Origin: Salpingoeca rosetta
Taxonomy: Eukaryota; Protista; Choanoflagellata
Length of the DNA stretch: 64,000 nt
Assembly (NCBI GenBank): GCA_033442325.1
Contig: JAWQFM010000006.1
Coordinates: forward strand, 1,806,873 to 1,870,872
Direction: 5' to 3'
Positions within the stretch are counted from its first letter, which is position 1. Every line of letters starts with the position of its first letter. A program made the position numbers and the translations under genes. The notes under the pieces were generated by a model. That model was not told where the DNA came from. It saw nothing but the letters and a program-made list of their open reading frames with translations, and did not search any database. Positions 1 to 13,823 of the stretch are shown here, one piece after another.

Positions 1-294
1 TACGATTCTGATTGATTGATTGTTTTATCGTCACAAGCTCACCTTGCGTCCCTGCTCTCCCTTGCTTGCTTGCATTCCTCGCGTTGCATTTGCATGTTCC
101 TTTATGTCGTCTTCTTTGGACTCCTTCCTCTCGGCCAACCTCTCCTTCCCTCATCCAATCGCCGCTCGTGGTTTGTGCTCCTGAAACTGTGCACGTACAC
201 ACCATGCGCACCATGCAATCACCCCCCCCCCTCGATCCTACTCGCCCTGCGCTCAACACACAACACCCGTCCTGTGCATGTTTGAAACCTGAAG

Positions 295-2653
295 TGCTCT
301 CAAGACATTTGAAGACATCGTTGACGAGATTTACACGTTTGTCGATCATCTAGGTTAGTCACGAACGCTGAACAACGCGGTGGCAGCTCGCACCAGCGAC
401 GGTTGCCCATCGTGGATCAGTGGCGTATACGTGCGCGCCGGCAAAAGGCAGGCATGCCCCGAGAAGCGTGTGTGCGCGTGCTGTATGCGCTCTGTGTGTG
501 TGTGCATGTTGTTGTGTGAGACTGTGCCGACGCATGGCGTCTGGTGCATGTGCAGGGCTCGCCAGCCGAGCAAGCCATGGGCACTTGCCCGCACAGTTGC
601 TCGCCACACGCACGCACACACACGCGCGCGCGTCCCCCCCCCCCCCCGCAACAGCAACAGCAAACTATCTTGAACTTGCGCACAAGGCAATGTCTCTTTC
701 CATGTAATTGCCCAAGCGCGCTGCCCTGGTCCTGCTCGTCTGCCCTTGCTGTGAACACTGTCGTTGAATTTGTCGTTGATGTTGCGTCATTGATACCTCA
801 AGTGTCGCGTGCTCCATATCCGTGTGTTCCCACTAACCTTTTGTTCTCCTTGCTTCCTCTCTGCCTTGCTTGGCTTGGTTTCCCCTCCCCTCCCTTCCTC
901 TTCTTGTTCTCTTCGCCTGCGTGGTAACCACAACAGAGCCCATCATCTTGTCGCCGCAGAACTCGCCCAGCACCGCTTTCTGCCTTCTCTACAGGGTGTG
1001 TACGCAATTCAAAGATGCTCTGTGTTTTTTTGTTTGAATATGTGTGTTGTAGTATTCAGTCTGGCTTGATCCACACTGTCCCGCACTCATGGTTCATGTA
1101 CTTACACCCCTTTCTTTCCCCCGCCATCTCCTCCCCCCCCCCAATACCCCACCAGCTGTTCTGCTTGCGCCTGAACGAGGCGCAGCTTGACACGCTTGTG
1201 ACGCACAAGGACTCTGTGTACATTCGGGCCATTGGCTTTCTGTACCTGCGCTACACAGCGGACCCCGAGACGCTGTGGACGTGGTTCAGCGACTACATTG
1301 ACGATCCGGAGCCCGTCAAGGTCAAGATGGCCGCAGCCGCCCCGCAGATGCCGCTCGGCGAATACCTCCGCATGCTCATCACCGTGAGTGCTGCTGCTCT
1401 GCTGTCTGTGGCGCCGTGCGTGCGTGCGTGTGTGTGTGTGCGTTTGTGTGCGTTTGTGTCTGCATTTCAATTGCAGAAGAGTCATGTTGTGACCGTTGTT
1501 CTCCTGACCACCTGCCCATGATGCGTGCGACCACAGGAGCTTCAGTATCTGCATCCCGTGTGCCGCCTCCCGCGCATCCCCGTCATGGAGCACCGCGACA
1601 TGCTCGACTACCTCGACAGCCACCCATACGACTCTCGCAGGTTCACAGGTCCGTCACACCACCCCAGCCAATGTGCGCGTGCACTCGCGTTTGCCTCCCA
1701 CCCCTTCCTTCCTTCCTTCCTTACGTGCGTGTGTGCACCCTTTCCTGCCTCTTCTTCCGGCTGCTCCCCGCCAAACACACACGCGCACACAACACATTCG
1801 CACTCACCGCCCGTCCGTCTCCAACTTGACTGGTGTCCAGGTGAGCTGACAGAGGAGGAAGAGGCCGCCCGTCCCCCGCCGCCACCACGCCCCGATGATA
1901 GGGACGACCCATACGTGCGCGGGTACGTACTTCGCACACCTACACACGCAAACGACCACACACAACACACACACACACATACACACATACACGCACGCAC
2001 GCACACGCACACACACGCACGCACACGCACGCACGCACATGCACACCGCTCATTGCTTCCACCCCACTCCCCCAAACCAACCAATTGACAGCCGCCGCCA
2101 CTCGCCAACGCCCGTGCGCTCCTCGCGTCCCCGTTCGCCATCGCGGTCGCGGTCTCGCCGCCGCCGCAGCCCGAGCAGAGACAGGCGCTCCTCCCGCCGC
2201 ACCCGCAGCCGCACCAGGAGCAGGAGCCGCGATCGCGACCGTGATCGTGATCGTGATCGGCGACGGGACCACCGCAGCAGGAGTCGAGACCGCAGTCGCG
2301 ACAAAGACAGGGACCGCGACAGGGACAGGCGGAGACGCCGCAGCAGGAGCAGAGACAAGGATCGCCGTGACCGTGACCGTGATGATGACAGGCGACGTGA
2401 CCGTGACCGTGATCGTGATCACGAGCGCAGCAGCAGTCGACGTCGTCGCAGCCGTGACCGCCACCGCGATTATGACGATGATGACCGCCGCCGCCGCCGC
2501 CACCGCCATCGCAGCCGCAGCCGTGACCGTGATCGTGATCATGATCGTGATCGTGATCGTGATCGTGACTCTGATCGGAGGAGGGGCAGCCGGCACGACA
2601 GGAGCCGCAGTCGCGATCGTGACAGGCGCTCGTCGTCCCGCCGCCGTGACTGA
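295..2653 (+). CDS. PRPF38B: Pre-mRNA splicing factor 38B-like (PRP38 domain plus RS/RD-rich tail); 5' end lies outside the window
   Basis: Exons 295-353, 937-995, 1156-1383, 1537-1648, 1841-1922 and 2092-2653 join in frame at GT..AG sites. They give ALKTFEDIVDEIYTFVDHLEP...STAFCLLYRLFCLRL...THKDSVYIRAIGFLYLRY...LPRIPV, matching PRP38B motifs, followed by a long RS/RD dipeptide tail. Confidence 0.9.
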
Positions 2654-2657
2654 ATGA

Positions 2658-2935
<278 letters not shown>

Positions 2936-3334
2936 ACCACCACCACCACCACAACTACACCCGCTCAGCCATTGTTGGCCATATTCGACCTGAAACCCCC
3001 CCCCCCCTCCTCCCCCCCCCTCTTCTTTGCCTCTTGCTCGGTGTATGTGTAGCTCGCAAAGCTATGTGTCTCGTGTGTCCCACTCGCCCCGTGCTTGATC
3101 CCGCCCCCTCCCCCAAACACTGTGGTAGGAATAACCCATGCTCCTTCCTTTCTGCCAACTCAACAACGTAAGCTCAAATGGAATCCGTTTACTCGAGAGA
3201 CTTGAACGAACCAACGAACCAATCAAGCAACATCTGACTGACAGCCAGCGAGCGAAGGGGACACACACTCACACACACACACACACACACACTCACACAC
3301 ACACACTCACTCAACACAACGCATGGGACATATG

Positions 3335-6300
3335 CTAGCTGTTTGCCTCTGTGCATGCGAGACAGCCCCTGACGAGCGCCTGGCAGAGCGGCTGCTCGGA
3401 TGCGGAACACACATTCACCAGAGCATGCACCGCTTCCTCAGAGAGAAGACCAGAGTTGAAGAACATGAGCCCAGCCATCAAAAACACGCGGTCAAGATCA
3501 ACGCGTTTGGCCGTCGCCATATCTGCTGCAGTGGCGGCGCCCGCTGTTGCTGCGGATGAACTGCCACTCTCACCCTCACCGACCCGATCACCACCACTAC
3601 CAACAGGGAAACCATCAGCCCTTTGAGTTGACACAGGTGCTGGTGCTGGTGATGATGACATGGACGACACACGGGATGACGGGCCTGTGGTGGTGCTGCC
3701 GAGCGCAAGGAAGAGTAAGCTGCGCTGGCGTGCGTCGCCGCAAGCGGCACTGAACAGACAGATGCACGCCTCGCGCCAGTGCTGTCCACGCAACACGTTG
3801 GGCAAGCTCAGGCACACCCACTCTGCCACCGCTGCGCCAAAACCAAGGCTCAGCATGCGCGCAAACACGTGGTACGTGATGTGTGCATGTGCAATGAGCC
3901 GCGAGCGCACGTCAGACATGAACGTGGGCCCTTCCTGCGGTTTTGTCCACTGCGCCATCACCATTTGCAGGATTTGCCGGGCTGGCCAAAAGTCCGTCAG
4001 CAAAAAGGACAGCGAGCGCGCCAAAACGAGAGCGGACGGCTCGTCCACCACCGTCTCCACCATACGAGTGATGCGATCGCCAAAGTTCAGGGGCAGTCGC
4101 TCCACAACAGCGCGTGGGGACGCGTCTCCAAGCTGCTCGTGGATCAGGTACTCGTCCTTGGAGTACAGCAGCGCCGTGGCGCACACCGTCTCACTCACGT
4201 CCAGAAGAGAGAAGAGCCCAGAGCGGTTGTTGACGTTACCGGCAAGCGTCAGCAGCGCGTCTGTCTCGCGGCTGTCCAGCACAAACGACAGCACGAGCCG
4301 AACGAGCGCAGAGAGCGTGCGGGAGTATGATGCTTCTGAGAGGTTGCCGGGCGCCAAACACATGGACGACAAGTCAGCCGTCAGGTCATACGTCAAGTTT
4401 GCTTTGTCCGCCTCCTCGGGGAACGATATGATCACCTGGCGATGCGTCGTGTGTTTTGGGGGGGGGGGCGGGGAAGGGAGGCGAGAGAGGATGTGAATCG
4501 GTGATTGGTGTGTTTGAAAGTTGTGTACGTGCAATTGAGTGCGGGGGTGTGTGACACACAACAAAGCACACCACACGACTACCCAGAACGACGAGCAGAA
4601 AGCCACACACACACACACACACACACACACAAGACACACACATTCTCTCTCATACACACACGCACACACACACACACATGCACGCACACACGTGCACACC
4701 TGGATTGCTGCATCGAATGCGCGGGCCCAAAACAGGCGGGGAACCCAAGCCGTGGTGGCGGCGGTGATCTGGGAATGCTCGAGCAACGCGTGTTTGGTCA
4801 GCACCTGCACGGCGTCACGAACGTGATCGATAAAGGGCAACGCTGCCAGGCTCAAGTGGCCTTGTGCAAGATACCTGTGACGATGATGATGGTGGTGGCA
4901 GGTGAACGGAAGAAAGGAATGGTGTCTTGCGATTGGATGTTGTATTGCGGCGAACAATAATTGCCGTGACCCACGCGTTCATCGCACATGCCTTGCAGGT
5001 GTGCGAAAAGAGGCACATGCACACACGCACACGCACACACGCACACACGCACACATGCACGCATGCACACATAGGCGGGCGCACACAGTAGCCGTCGTCG
5101 TTTACACTTACTTGATGCCTGTGAGTGCGGCCATGCGAACCGACGGGAGCTGGCTGCCGAGAGCCGTGTGGAGCATGTTCGAGATCAACTCCAGTCGGCG
5201 GTGGTCGCCCTGACAGAACAACCACACAGATAAAGTTGTCATGAAGACAACAACCAACATCGTTCAGCGTGCTTGGGTGATACAATACAATCCTACACAA
5301 CAACAGCGTGGCCATGCGGCTCGGCAATTGCAACACACACACACACACACTACACCCATGCGCACGCGTGAGACCTACACGCCATGGTGTTTCTCAAGGA
5401 GCACGTCGCATGACATACATCGTGGTTAATGGCCTGGAGCTTGCACAGGATGGGGATAACGGAGCGAAGAACAATGTGGTCGTCTGGGTTGGGGTGGGCA
5501 AAGCGAGGAGAGGGGGGGGGCCAAAACAAAATGTGAGTGGGGTGAAGTGGCAGCATTCAGCGCTCCCGATACATAAGCACCTTTCATGGGTTGTTGTTGC
5601 CTTCACACGCAAACACTGACACGCACGCGCGTACTCTTCGTTTCTCATGCACCCACCTGCAATCAGTTCACTGTTGGCCAAGTCGAAGAGGACAACAGCA
5701 ATGTCACTGAGCTGCTTTGCATCATGCACTTTATCCAACAAGACGTGCAGCGCTTCGCAGGCGCCGTTGAGGATCTAAAGAGGCAAAAGTGGTTTGTGAA
5801 GGTGTGTTAATTGGGCACTGGTATGGTATGACGATACATTCCAACGACACATCGCAATCAACCAGACACACGAACAGCATACACGTAAACATGCAGCCAC
5901 ACACATGCAGCCACACACACACACACACACAACGGATTGGGATACCTTGATAGCCTGGGAATCTCGCTGAACAAGCGACAGGCACATCTCGATGACCTGT
6001 GGCAGATAGATCAAGAAGCGGTGGCACTGGAGCTCGCCAGACGCAGCGTGCTCATCAACACAGCGCCGCAGCGAGGACACGGATTTCTGAAATGGGTGTG
6101 GGTGTGGGTGTGGAGATATGTTCAACAGGGGGTGCACAAAATGAGGTTGGTCAATGGTGGTGAACTGTATGAAGGCAATAAACCCACAGTGGTCATCATA
6201 CACACACACACACAAAAGCAAAGGAAACGAATCCAAACGCTTGCACACACACACATACGCGCGCACATACGCGCACACTTACGCATACACACTCTCTCTC

Positions 6301-9300
6301 ACCGCCGTGTCGTCTGGGGAGATTTGGGTCATGCGACGGCCGAGCTGGCGCCATGTTGTGCCGTGCGTTGCCATGTAGTCAAAGCGTTGCATGAGATGCA
6401 CACGGTGCAGATAGAGCCCCGCAACCGTCTCCAGGTACGAGCTCAGGCTGTTCTCCACTTCAAGGTACGGCGGGAACACGCTCGTGTGCGCCTCAGGATC
6501 AATCATGGACAGCACCGTGGTGAGGGAGCGCACCGCCAGCAGCGTCGTCGTCTCTCGCGACTCGCGGGTGAGCTGGTCGTCTCGGAGCTCAACAATGTCG
6601 CGCAGCCACGTCCACAGCAGGCCAAGCGCCTCCTCGCTCGTGTTACGGAAGCCAATGATGCGTACACGGTGCGCCAGCCCCTGTGCAACGTGGTCGTCCT
6701 GTAGGAGCTCGCGTCGCATGCCAACGCCCTCGGACACCTGCAGCTGCTGCAGGAACGTGACAATGCGGCTGGATGGCTTGCACGACTCGGGGTTGCAGCA
6801 CAGCGCGTACTGCTGCATGCTCGTCATCACCAGTGGCGCCACGTTCGCCACAACCGCGTTCAACGACAGCCGGAAGAAGTGTGGCAGCGTCTCATCACGG
6901 CCCCCATATTGGTTGAGCAGTCGCCCCACGGCGCGCGGACTCAGCACGTTGGTCGACTCCTTCGTCAACAGGCCCAAGCGGTGCAGTGTCAGCAGTGTCA
7001 AGCCAGACACGCGTGTCTCTGCAGCCTCCTCCGACGGCTTCTTGTGCTCTTGGTCGTCCGCATCGGCGCCATACATGTCATCGCCTTCCAGTCGCTCCTG
7101 CAGGTCAAGCCGGCTCACGGGGTCGCGCGGGTGCGGTGGCAACCGCGACAGCGTCGTGTAGCGGAAGAGGTCGTACGCAACGTCCACCGTGCTTGAGATG
7201 AGCTCAATACCAAGCGGCGTGAGTTCATCTGGGGCCTCGCGTACGAGGTGCGTTTTTACACCCGGGTGCTTCAGAATGAGCACGACTGTGTCGAGTGCGA
7301 CGGTGACGGGCCAGAGCGGGAGCGGCATGGACGTGTGCTGGTGCAGGCGCACGTTGACCTCTTCCACAGCACACACGGCAGCCTCCGCCAATGCACGCGC
7401 GTGCTCGGGCAGAATGTCCAGCGCTGCGCGCACCTCATCATTCAAATCGCCAAACTCGTCTGTCGTCGTGTCACGCACAAGCTTCCACTGCCAGATGGCC
7501 CGCAGACCGGACGCCTGCGTGTGCAGTTCAGCAAGGGCACCAACAGCTCGCAGCACATCCGCCCCGACTCGGCTCAGCATCACTGGAGTCGGTGACGATG
7601 ACGATGACGATGATGATGATGACGGGGATGAGGGTGAGGATGCAGGTGTTTGTTGTTCGCCTTGCTCACGCTGGCGTTGCTCGTGTTGTTGTTGTTGTTG
7701 TTGCTGCTGCTGCTCTTTCTTCTGCTGCAGCAGGCGTTGCAAGCGGGCAAGAATCACGCGCTTCAGAATGACAATCAGCTGGCCCAGCTTCACAACAGAG
7801 GACGTGCTTGCCTCCTGCGTTGCGCCAGGGTTGTCGCTGCGCACAAACCACTGCCGCTCGCAGGTGACGAGATGGCTCTCGCTGCGCAGGCCCTCGCATG
7901 CTCCCTTGATGAGCGGTTGCAAGTAGCGCGCGTCGAATGACTCGTGCTCAATCAGCAGCCTAACGCAAACGATGGAAGGGGAGGGCAGCGTGTGGTGTGA
8001 GTTAAGGGGGTTGGAGTTGGAAAGGAAGTGTTTGTGAGCATGTTGGAATGGTGGTGTGGGTGCGGATGTACGTGTATGCAATCGATAAAGCAAACAACAA
8101 ACTTGAAACAGACAAGCAAGGCAAAACAAGCGAGAAGAAACCGGACACACAAAGCCGTACAGAGGCGCACAAAACAATACATGCACAGCCGCACACACAA
8201 ACACAAGGAGATGCGCAAAACAACTCCGCGAACATGCAAGCACACACACACACAACAAACGCAGCAACGCACTTGAATTCATCTGGAGTGCCGGAGAGAA
8301 GGAGGTGCACGATGGAGCTGATTGGATACTGCCTGCCAGCGGTGGTGGTGACAAGAGAGAAGGCAATATCCCACCACGACTGTGCCGGTTCCTGTCCCAG
8401 CAGTGCCTCCACTGTGGCCTGTGCTTTCGCCCCAGGCTCTGGCGCAGGTGATGGCATTGTTGTGCTTGTTTCCTCAAGCGCAGCACACAGACACTTGTAC
8501 GTGCGCGGGCAGCGGGACTTGATTGGCGCAACAATGTCGCGCAGATGGGCTGCAACCGTTCGCTGTGTCGCGTGTGGGTGTACATAGGTGTGCGTGTGCG
8601 TGATTGTGTACAGTATGTACATTGTGCACATGTGTGTGTGAGGTGAAAGGAGACAAAATCGTGGCATGAGCGGGTTCATGGTCCATGAGTAAGTGTATCA
8701 GCAACACAGCACGGCAAAGTGCCATCACTGGTCACTCACGTTTGTAAGATCAAGGTCATCAAGGCGGCGCCGAATGAGAAGATCCGCACTCGCACACACA
8801 AACGGCGCGCGTGTGTTGTGAACAATTGCCCGCTGAATCACCATCTCCAGCAGCGGCACGCTGGCAGGTGGACGGTGGCAATTGGAAAGGGGGAAGACAC
8901 GCAAGGGGCAGGGGGGAGTTGATGGAAGGCGTAAGGGTGAGTTGATTTAGCATGTACGCTCACTTGAGTAAGTGCCCAAACCACAATGCACGACAACATG
9001 ACAAAGACACAATAACGGAACCAGTGGCGTAGCCAGCCAGTTCTGCATTGACAAGCACACACACGCACGCACACACGCACACACCCGCACGCACACACGC
9101 ACACACACCCGCACACACACACGCAAGCACAGAGCCCCATCCCCCTCTCCCAAACACACCAAAAACATGCACGCACGCATGGCGAACCTTGCGGGCGCCT
9201 TGCAGAGGCGAGAAGCGAGTGCCTGATCGAGCATTTGCTGCTGCACGCGTGTCATTGCGCTGTGCTCGTGAAGGGCGGCCCACAAGTGGGACACAGCTTC

Positions 9301-9899
9301 AACAGCGGCAGTGTAGTGCGGTGCGTACGGATCACACAGGAGGTGGGTAATGGTTTGCGAGACCGGTGTCTCTGCACTCATGCGCAGCAGCAGCTGGCCC
9401 CACGAAGACTTGTTGCTCTCCAACAGCGCAACCACAGACATGTGGTCTTCAGGCGAGAACTCTGCACAGCCGCACATGTGTGTGTGTGTGCGCGCAGTTT
9501 GTGCGTGAGTGTATACATGTGCAGCATAAGTGCAGTACAAGCAAAGCCGCCAAACACAAAAAACGGCAAAAACAAACACAACACACGCGCGCGCGCGAAC
9601 AAACACGACCGGCATACGACAGCCCACCGGCAAACTGCAAGGCCCATCGTTCGCAGAGGAGGAGAAAAGCCCCGCGCGCAGCAATATCGCGACCAAAGTT
9701 GACGCTGGTCGGCACTGTCGTCTCAAGCGTTCGCAGGCACCCAAACACTGGAGCAAAGGTGGCGTAAGATGGGGTGGGGGCGAGGTGAGGAACAGCGAGC
9801 ACCAACAATTTACACCAACAACACACGACCAGATGGCGCCATTAACACACACGCAACAGCACACCACCACTGATCACAACCACAATCATCCACAATAGC

Positions 9900-9974
<75 letters not shown>

Positions 9975-12900
9975 TGGTCAGTCTACCTTCGTCTGGGCGG
10001 GTCATGCGAGTTGGGTGGAGGCGGCCGTACAGCTGGTACCAGTACACGGCAATGAGTGGGTTTGAGTAGATGACCAGGTCCATCAGCCCGTCAACCGTCT
10101 CGTGCACGCGCGTGACTGCTTCCTGCGCTGCGCGGAAGACAACAGAGGACGGCTGTCGCCCGCACGTGTCCACGAGCCCGTACACAAACTGCAGCAGCTG
10201 TGCAAACTGCTGACTCAGCACTTCGCTGCGAGAGGTGGTCGGGTGCGTGAAGTGGCGGCCAACGAGCACAATCACTTTGAACAGACACTCCACAAGGGCA
10301 AGTGCTCGCTCCTCATCCGTGTCCAACAGTAGCACGGACTGAAGACCCGCAAGCAGCTCCGTCTCTTTGGTCGTGCGCAGAACCTAACACAGCGTGTAAT
10401 CGGTGTGTTGGGGGAGGGAGTGCGCGTGTGTGAACACTTGCGCGTGTGACAACTTGCGCATGGTTATGTGTCGTGTCGTCAACAACTTGGCAATAATACC
10501 ACGAGTAATACCATGCCCCTGCGCTCTTCCCCTTTGTATCTTTCCCTCGCTGACTCCTTGACTCGTCACAGTGCGAACAACCCCTGATCCCAAACCCTCG
10601 CCACGCATGTGGTGTGGACACACCTTCATGACAGCGAGCACGGCCGGCAGCCACGCGTACAGACTCCGCGGTCGCTCCCTCTCCATATCCGGTGCAGTGA
10701 TGTATGACGGTATCTGTGCAGTGTGCGTTTGGGGGGGGGGGGTACGTGTGAGGGTTATGTGTGTGTATGTGTGAGTTATGTGCGTGTGTGAGATACGTGT
10801 GTGTATGTGTGATACGTGTGTGTGTATGTGTGATACGTGTGTGTGTATGTGTGAATTGTACTTTCAAACACCAATCTCCCACATTCAATGAAGACGCATC
10901 ACATCGTGCAAACGCACCTTGATGTTTGGGAGGATGGAGTCGAACATGCAGCGCAGCAGAATCTTGGCGGGACGCAACGCCTGCACGTGGTGTGACAATT
11001 GATGATGATGGGGCGGAGTGATGCATGATGCAGTGGTTGTGTCGCGTGAGTGCAGCATTCAGTGGTGCACGCAACAAGAGTTACATGGGGGGGAGGCAAG
11101 GACTGTTTCACAAAGCAATTGATGCGTGCACGTCCGTGTGTGTTTGAATGCGTGCATGTCAATGTATGTTTGAGATGTGCATGGGTGGTGTCAGTGCACC
11201 TGGGGCGCGACGCTCTCAAAGAGACGATGCAGCGTTTGCAGCGCCCGCACACCGCGCGTCTCCGTCTTTCCCTTTGACAACAGCGGCAGCATGCTGTCCA
11301 CAAACTGTCGCAGAAGAAGCAACAAAGCAAAAAAAGGGAAAGAGGGGAGTAACGAGGGACGTGAGGGCATTCCACGCCGCATTACAAACACAAACACGCA
11401 CACACACATACATGGTCGTTCACACAACAGATAACACACAAACAAAGCAACAGCAGTGGCAACACAGACAGTAAACACAAACATCAACGACGACGATAAA
11501 GTCGACAACAACTTATGTACAGGACCTGTCTGCTGTATTTCTTCCACTGGTCTGGGTCGTGACGAACGGCGCGCAGCAGGATGGCGGCCTGGTCCTGCAC
11601 AGCCGGATCAGACAGCCGCCCCAGCAGCGTCTTCACAACATGCTGCTGCTGCTCCTGAACAGCAGGCGTGCTCTGCGAAATCGTAACCACACGCGCACGC
11701 AAGTGTGCATGTGTGTGTGTGTGTGATTTTGTGTGTGTGTATGCGTACATGCGTGTGTGTGTTGCAATTTGCACGTGAGAGGATTGGAGGCCGCAGCATC
11801 ACTCATGGAGTGGCTTCCTTTCGACACACACACACACACGGACACACACACACACACAACCTCCTCCTCCTCCTCCTCCTCCTCCTCCTCCTCCACAAAC
11901 ACGATAGGAGCTTTCGGTCCGCACCGGTCGGTAGGAGTGCGCCTGCTCAACGAAGAAGTAGCGAATGAACGGCTTGAACGCCGACAGCGTCTCCTGCGGC
12001 TTGAGATGCTTGCTCTCAATGACCTCCGATGCCATGCGCACGACTTGCTCCATGGTCAGGCTCACCCCCTTCTCGTTCACCAGCAGCAGGAAGAACTGGA
12101 AGACGTACGGCAGCAGGATCTGCGCCGAGCGCACGTTGCCGCTCTTGACCAGCCCAATCTGCTTCACCAGACAGCGCACCAGCACCTGATGCGGGGGGGG
12201 GGGAAGGGGAGGGGAGGACACGGGAGGGGAGGAGGGAATGGGTGGAGCACGGTGAAAAATGACGTTCATTTGCCATGCACGCATGTACGCAACTACACGT
12301 ATGACACGCGCACACGCACGCCCACACACGCACATGCACACGACATATACACGCACACGAAACACACACGCACAGCGATTGGCACCTGGTTTGGGTCGAG
12401 GACGGTGTAGGTGACCTTGAGAGTCATGAGGCGGCACAGGAGCCAGATAATCTGCTGCTGTAGCGGAATGGACGACGTGGATGTGTACGAGTTCATCGCC
12501 TTGAGCACCAGCGGCTCAATTTGCCGCACAAACTGCAGCATCCGGTCGCGGTTGGCGGAGCCCGCGCTGCGAGACGGACCTGAAAGATAATGATGGTGAT
12601 GAGTGAGTAAGGTGGTTTGGTGGCGATAGTGGTGGTGAGATGATGTAGTGATGATGGTGGTGGTGATTGTGAACTTGCATGTGTTTCACACGAGTCTTGA
12701 TGCATTACAATAGCGAAGATGTGGATAGGTGGGACACAGAAGAGGGTTGGCGTTGGAGGCAAGAAAAAAATGAATTGAAACGCACTCATGGAAGCGCGTT
12801 GTCGCATGGAACTGTCCACTGTCTTGCTCTGCGACGAGTCTGAGACGCGAGACATGCGAAGGTGGAGATCAGAGAGGTGCGTCCGCGTGACGCCGATGCA

Positions 12901-13780
12901 ACGCTCAAAGAACCCTGAAATGCAAGAACAAGGGCCGAGCAAACGAGGAGAGGTAGGAATGAGCGCGTGAATAGAACGTGAGGGGAACAGAGCAGAGCAT
13001 TGCAACTGTGCACTTACATGTACATACACTCACACTCACATATACACACACAACACGCGCGTTTACACGCTCTCTCATACACACGGACGCACACGCGCGC
13101 TTATAACCTGTGTTTGGCTGCTGCGCAAACTGTTCGTCCGCAATGGCGTCAAGTTCGTCATCAAGCGATTGCAATTCCAGGGAGGACTGCCCACCCATGC
13201 GCCCGAAACGCGCACTTGCACGCGATGACGGAGAGCCAAAGAGGTTCACAATGAGCTTGTGCACGCACACAAGCACATTGTGCGGCTCTGCAGCCATCAG
13301 CGCCTGATGTTGTGCACAGTGTGCATTGTGTATGTGTGCGTGTGTGTGTGTGTGTGTGCGTGTGTGTGTGTGTGAGAAAGAGAGTGAGTGTGTGAAGATG
13401 TGCGGTGCAGCGTGCAATAAGAACAGCATTTGCAACAAGCTCGGCAACAACATCGTGCACACTCGTGCACCGAACGCAAACGAACTCTAGAATACACGCG
13501 CGCACACACACACACACACGCACACACACACACTCCCCTCCAAACAAGTGTCGCCAGCACAGACCTGCAAGTATCCGATGACCTCTTGGGCCATCTGCTG
13601 GAATGCGCTGCCTTCCACGACCACGAGTGACGCCAGCACTTCCAACGTCACCCGCACCATGTCTCCAAACTTGGATGTTTCTTCCGCCTTGAGCGTGATC
13701 TTGCTCGCTTTGAATGTCGCGTTTAGCAGATCGTACAGCTCAACGTAGTGCTCTGCAAAATGTGCAGCGCCGCGCGGTGA

Positions 13781-13823
<43 letters not shown>

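Noticed and set aside
9886-9985. Poly-Asp C-terminus and stop splitting HTT into two genes
   Set aside because: A GT donor precedes the (GAT)n run, and the next exon continues HTT homology ([13 protein letters not shown]).
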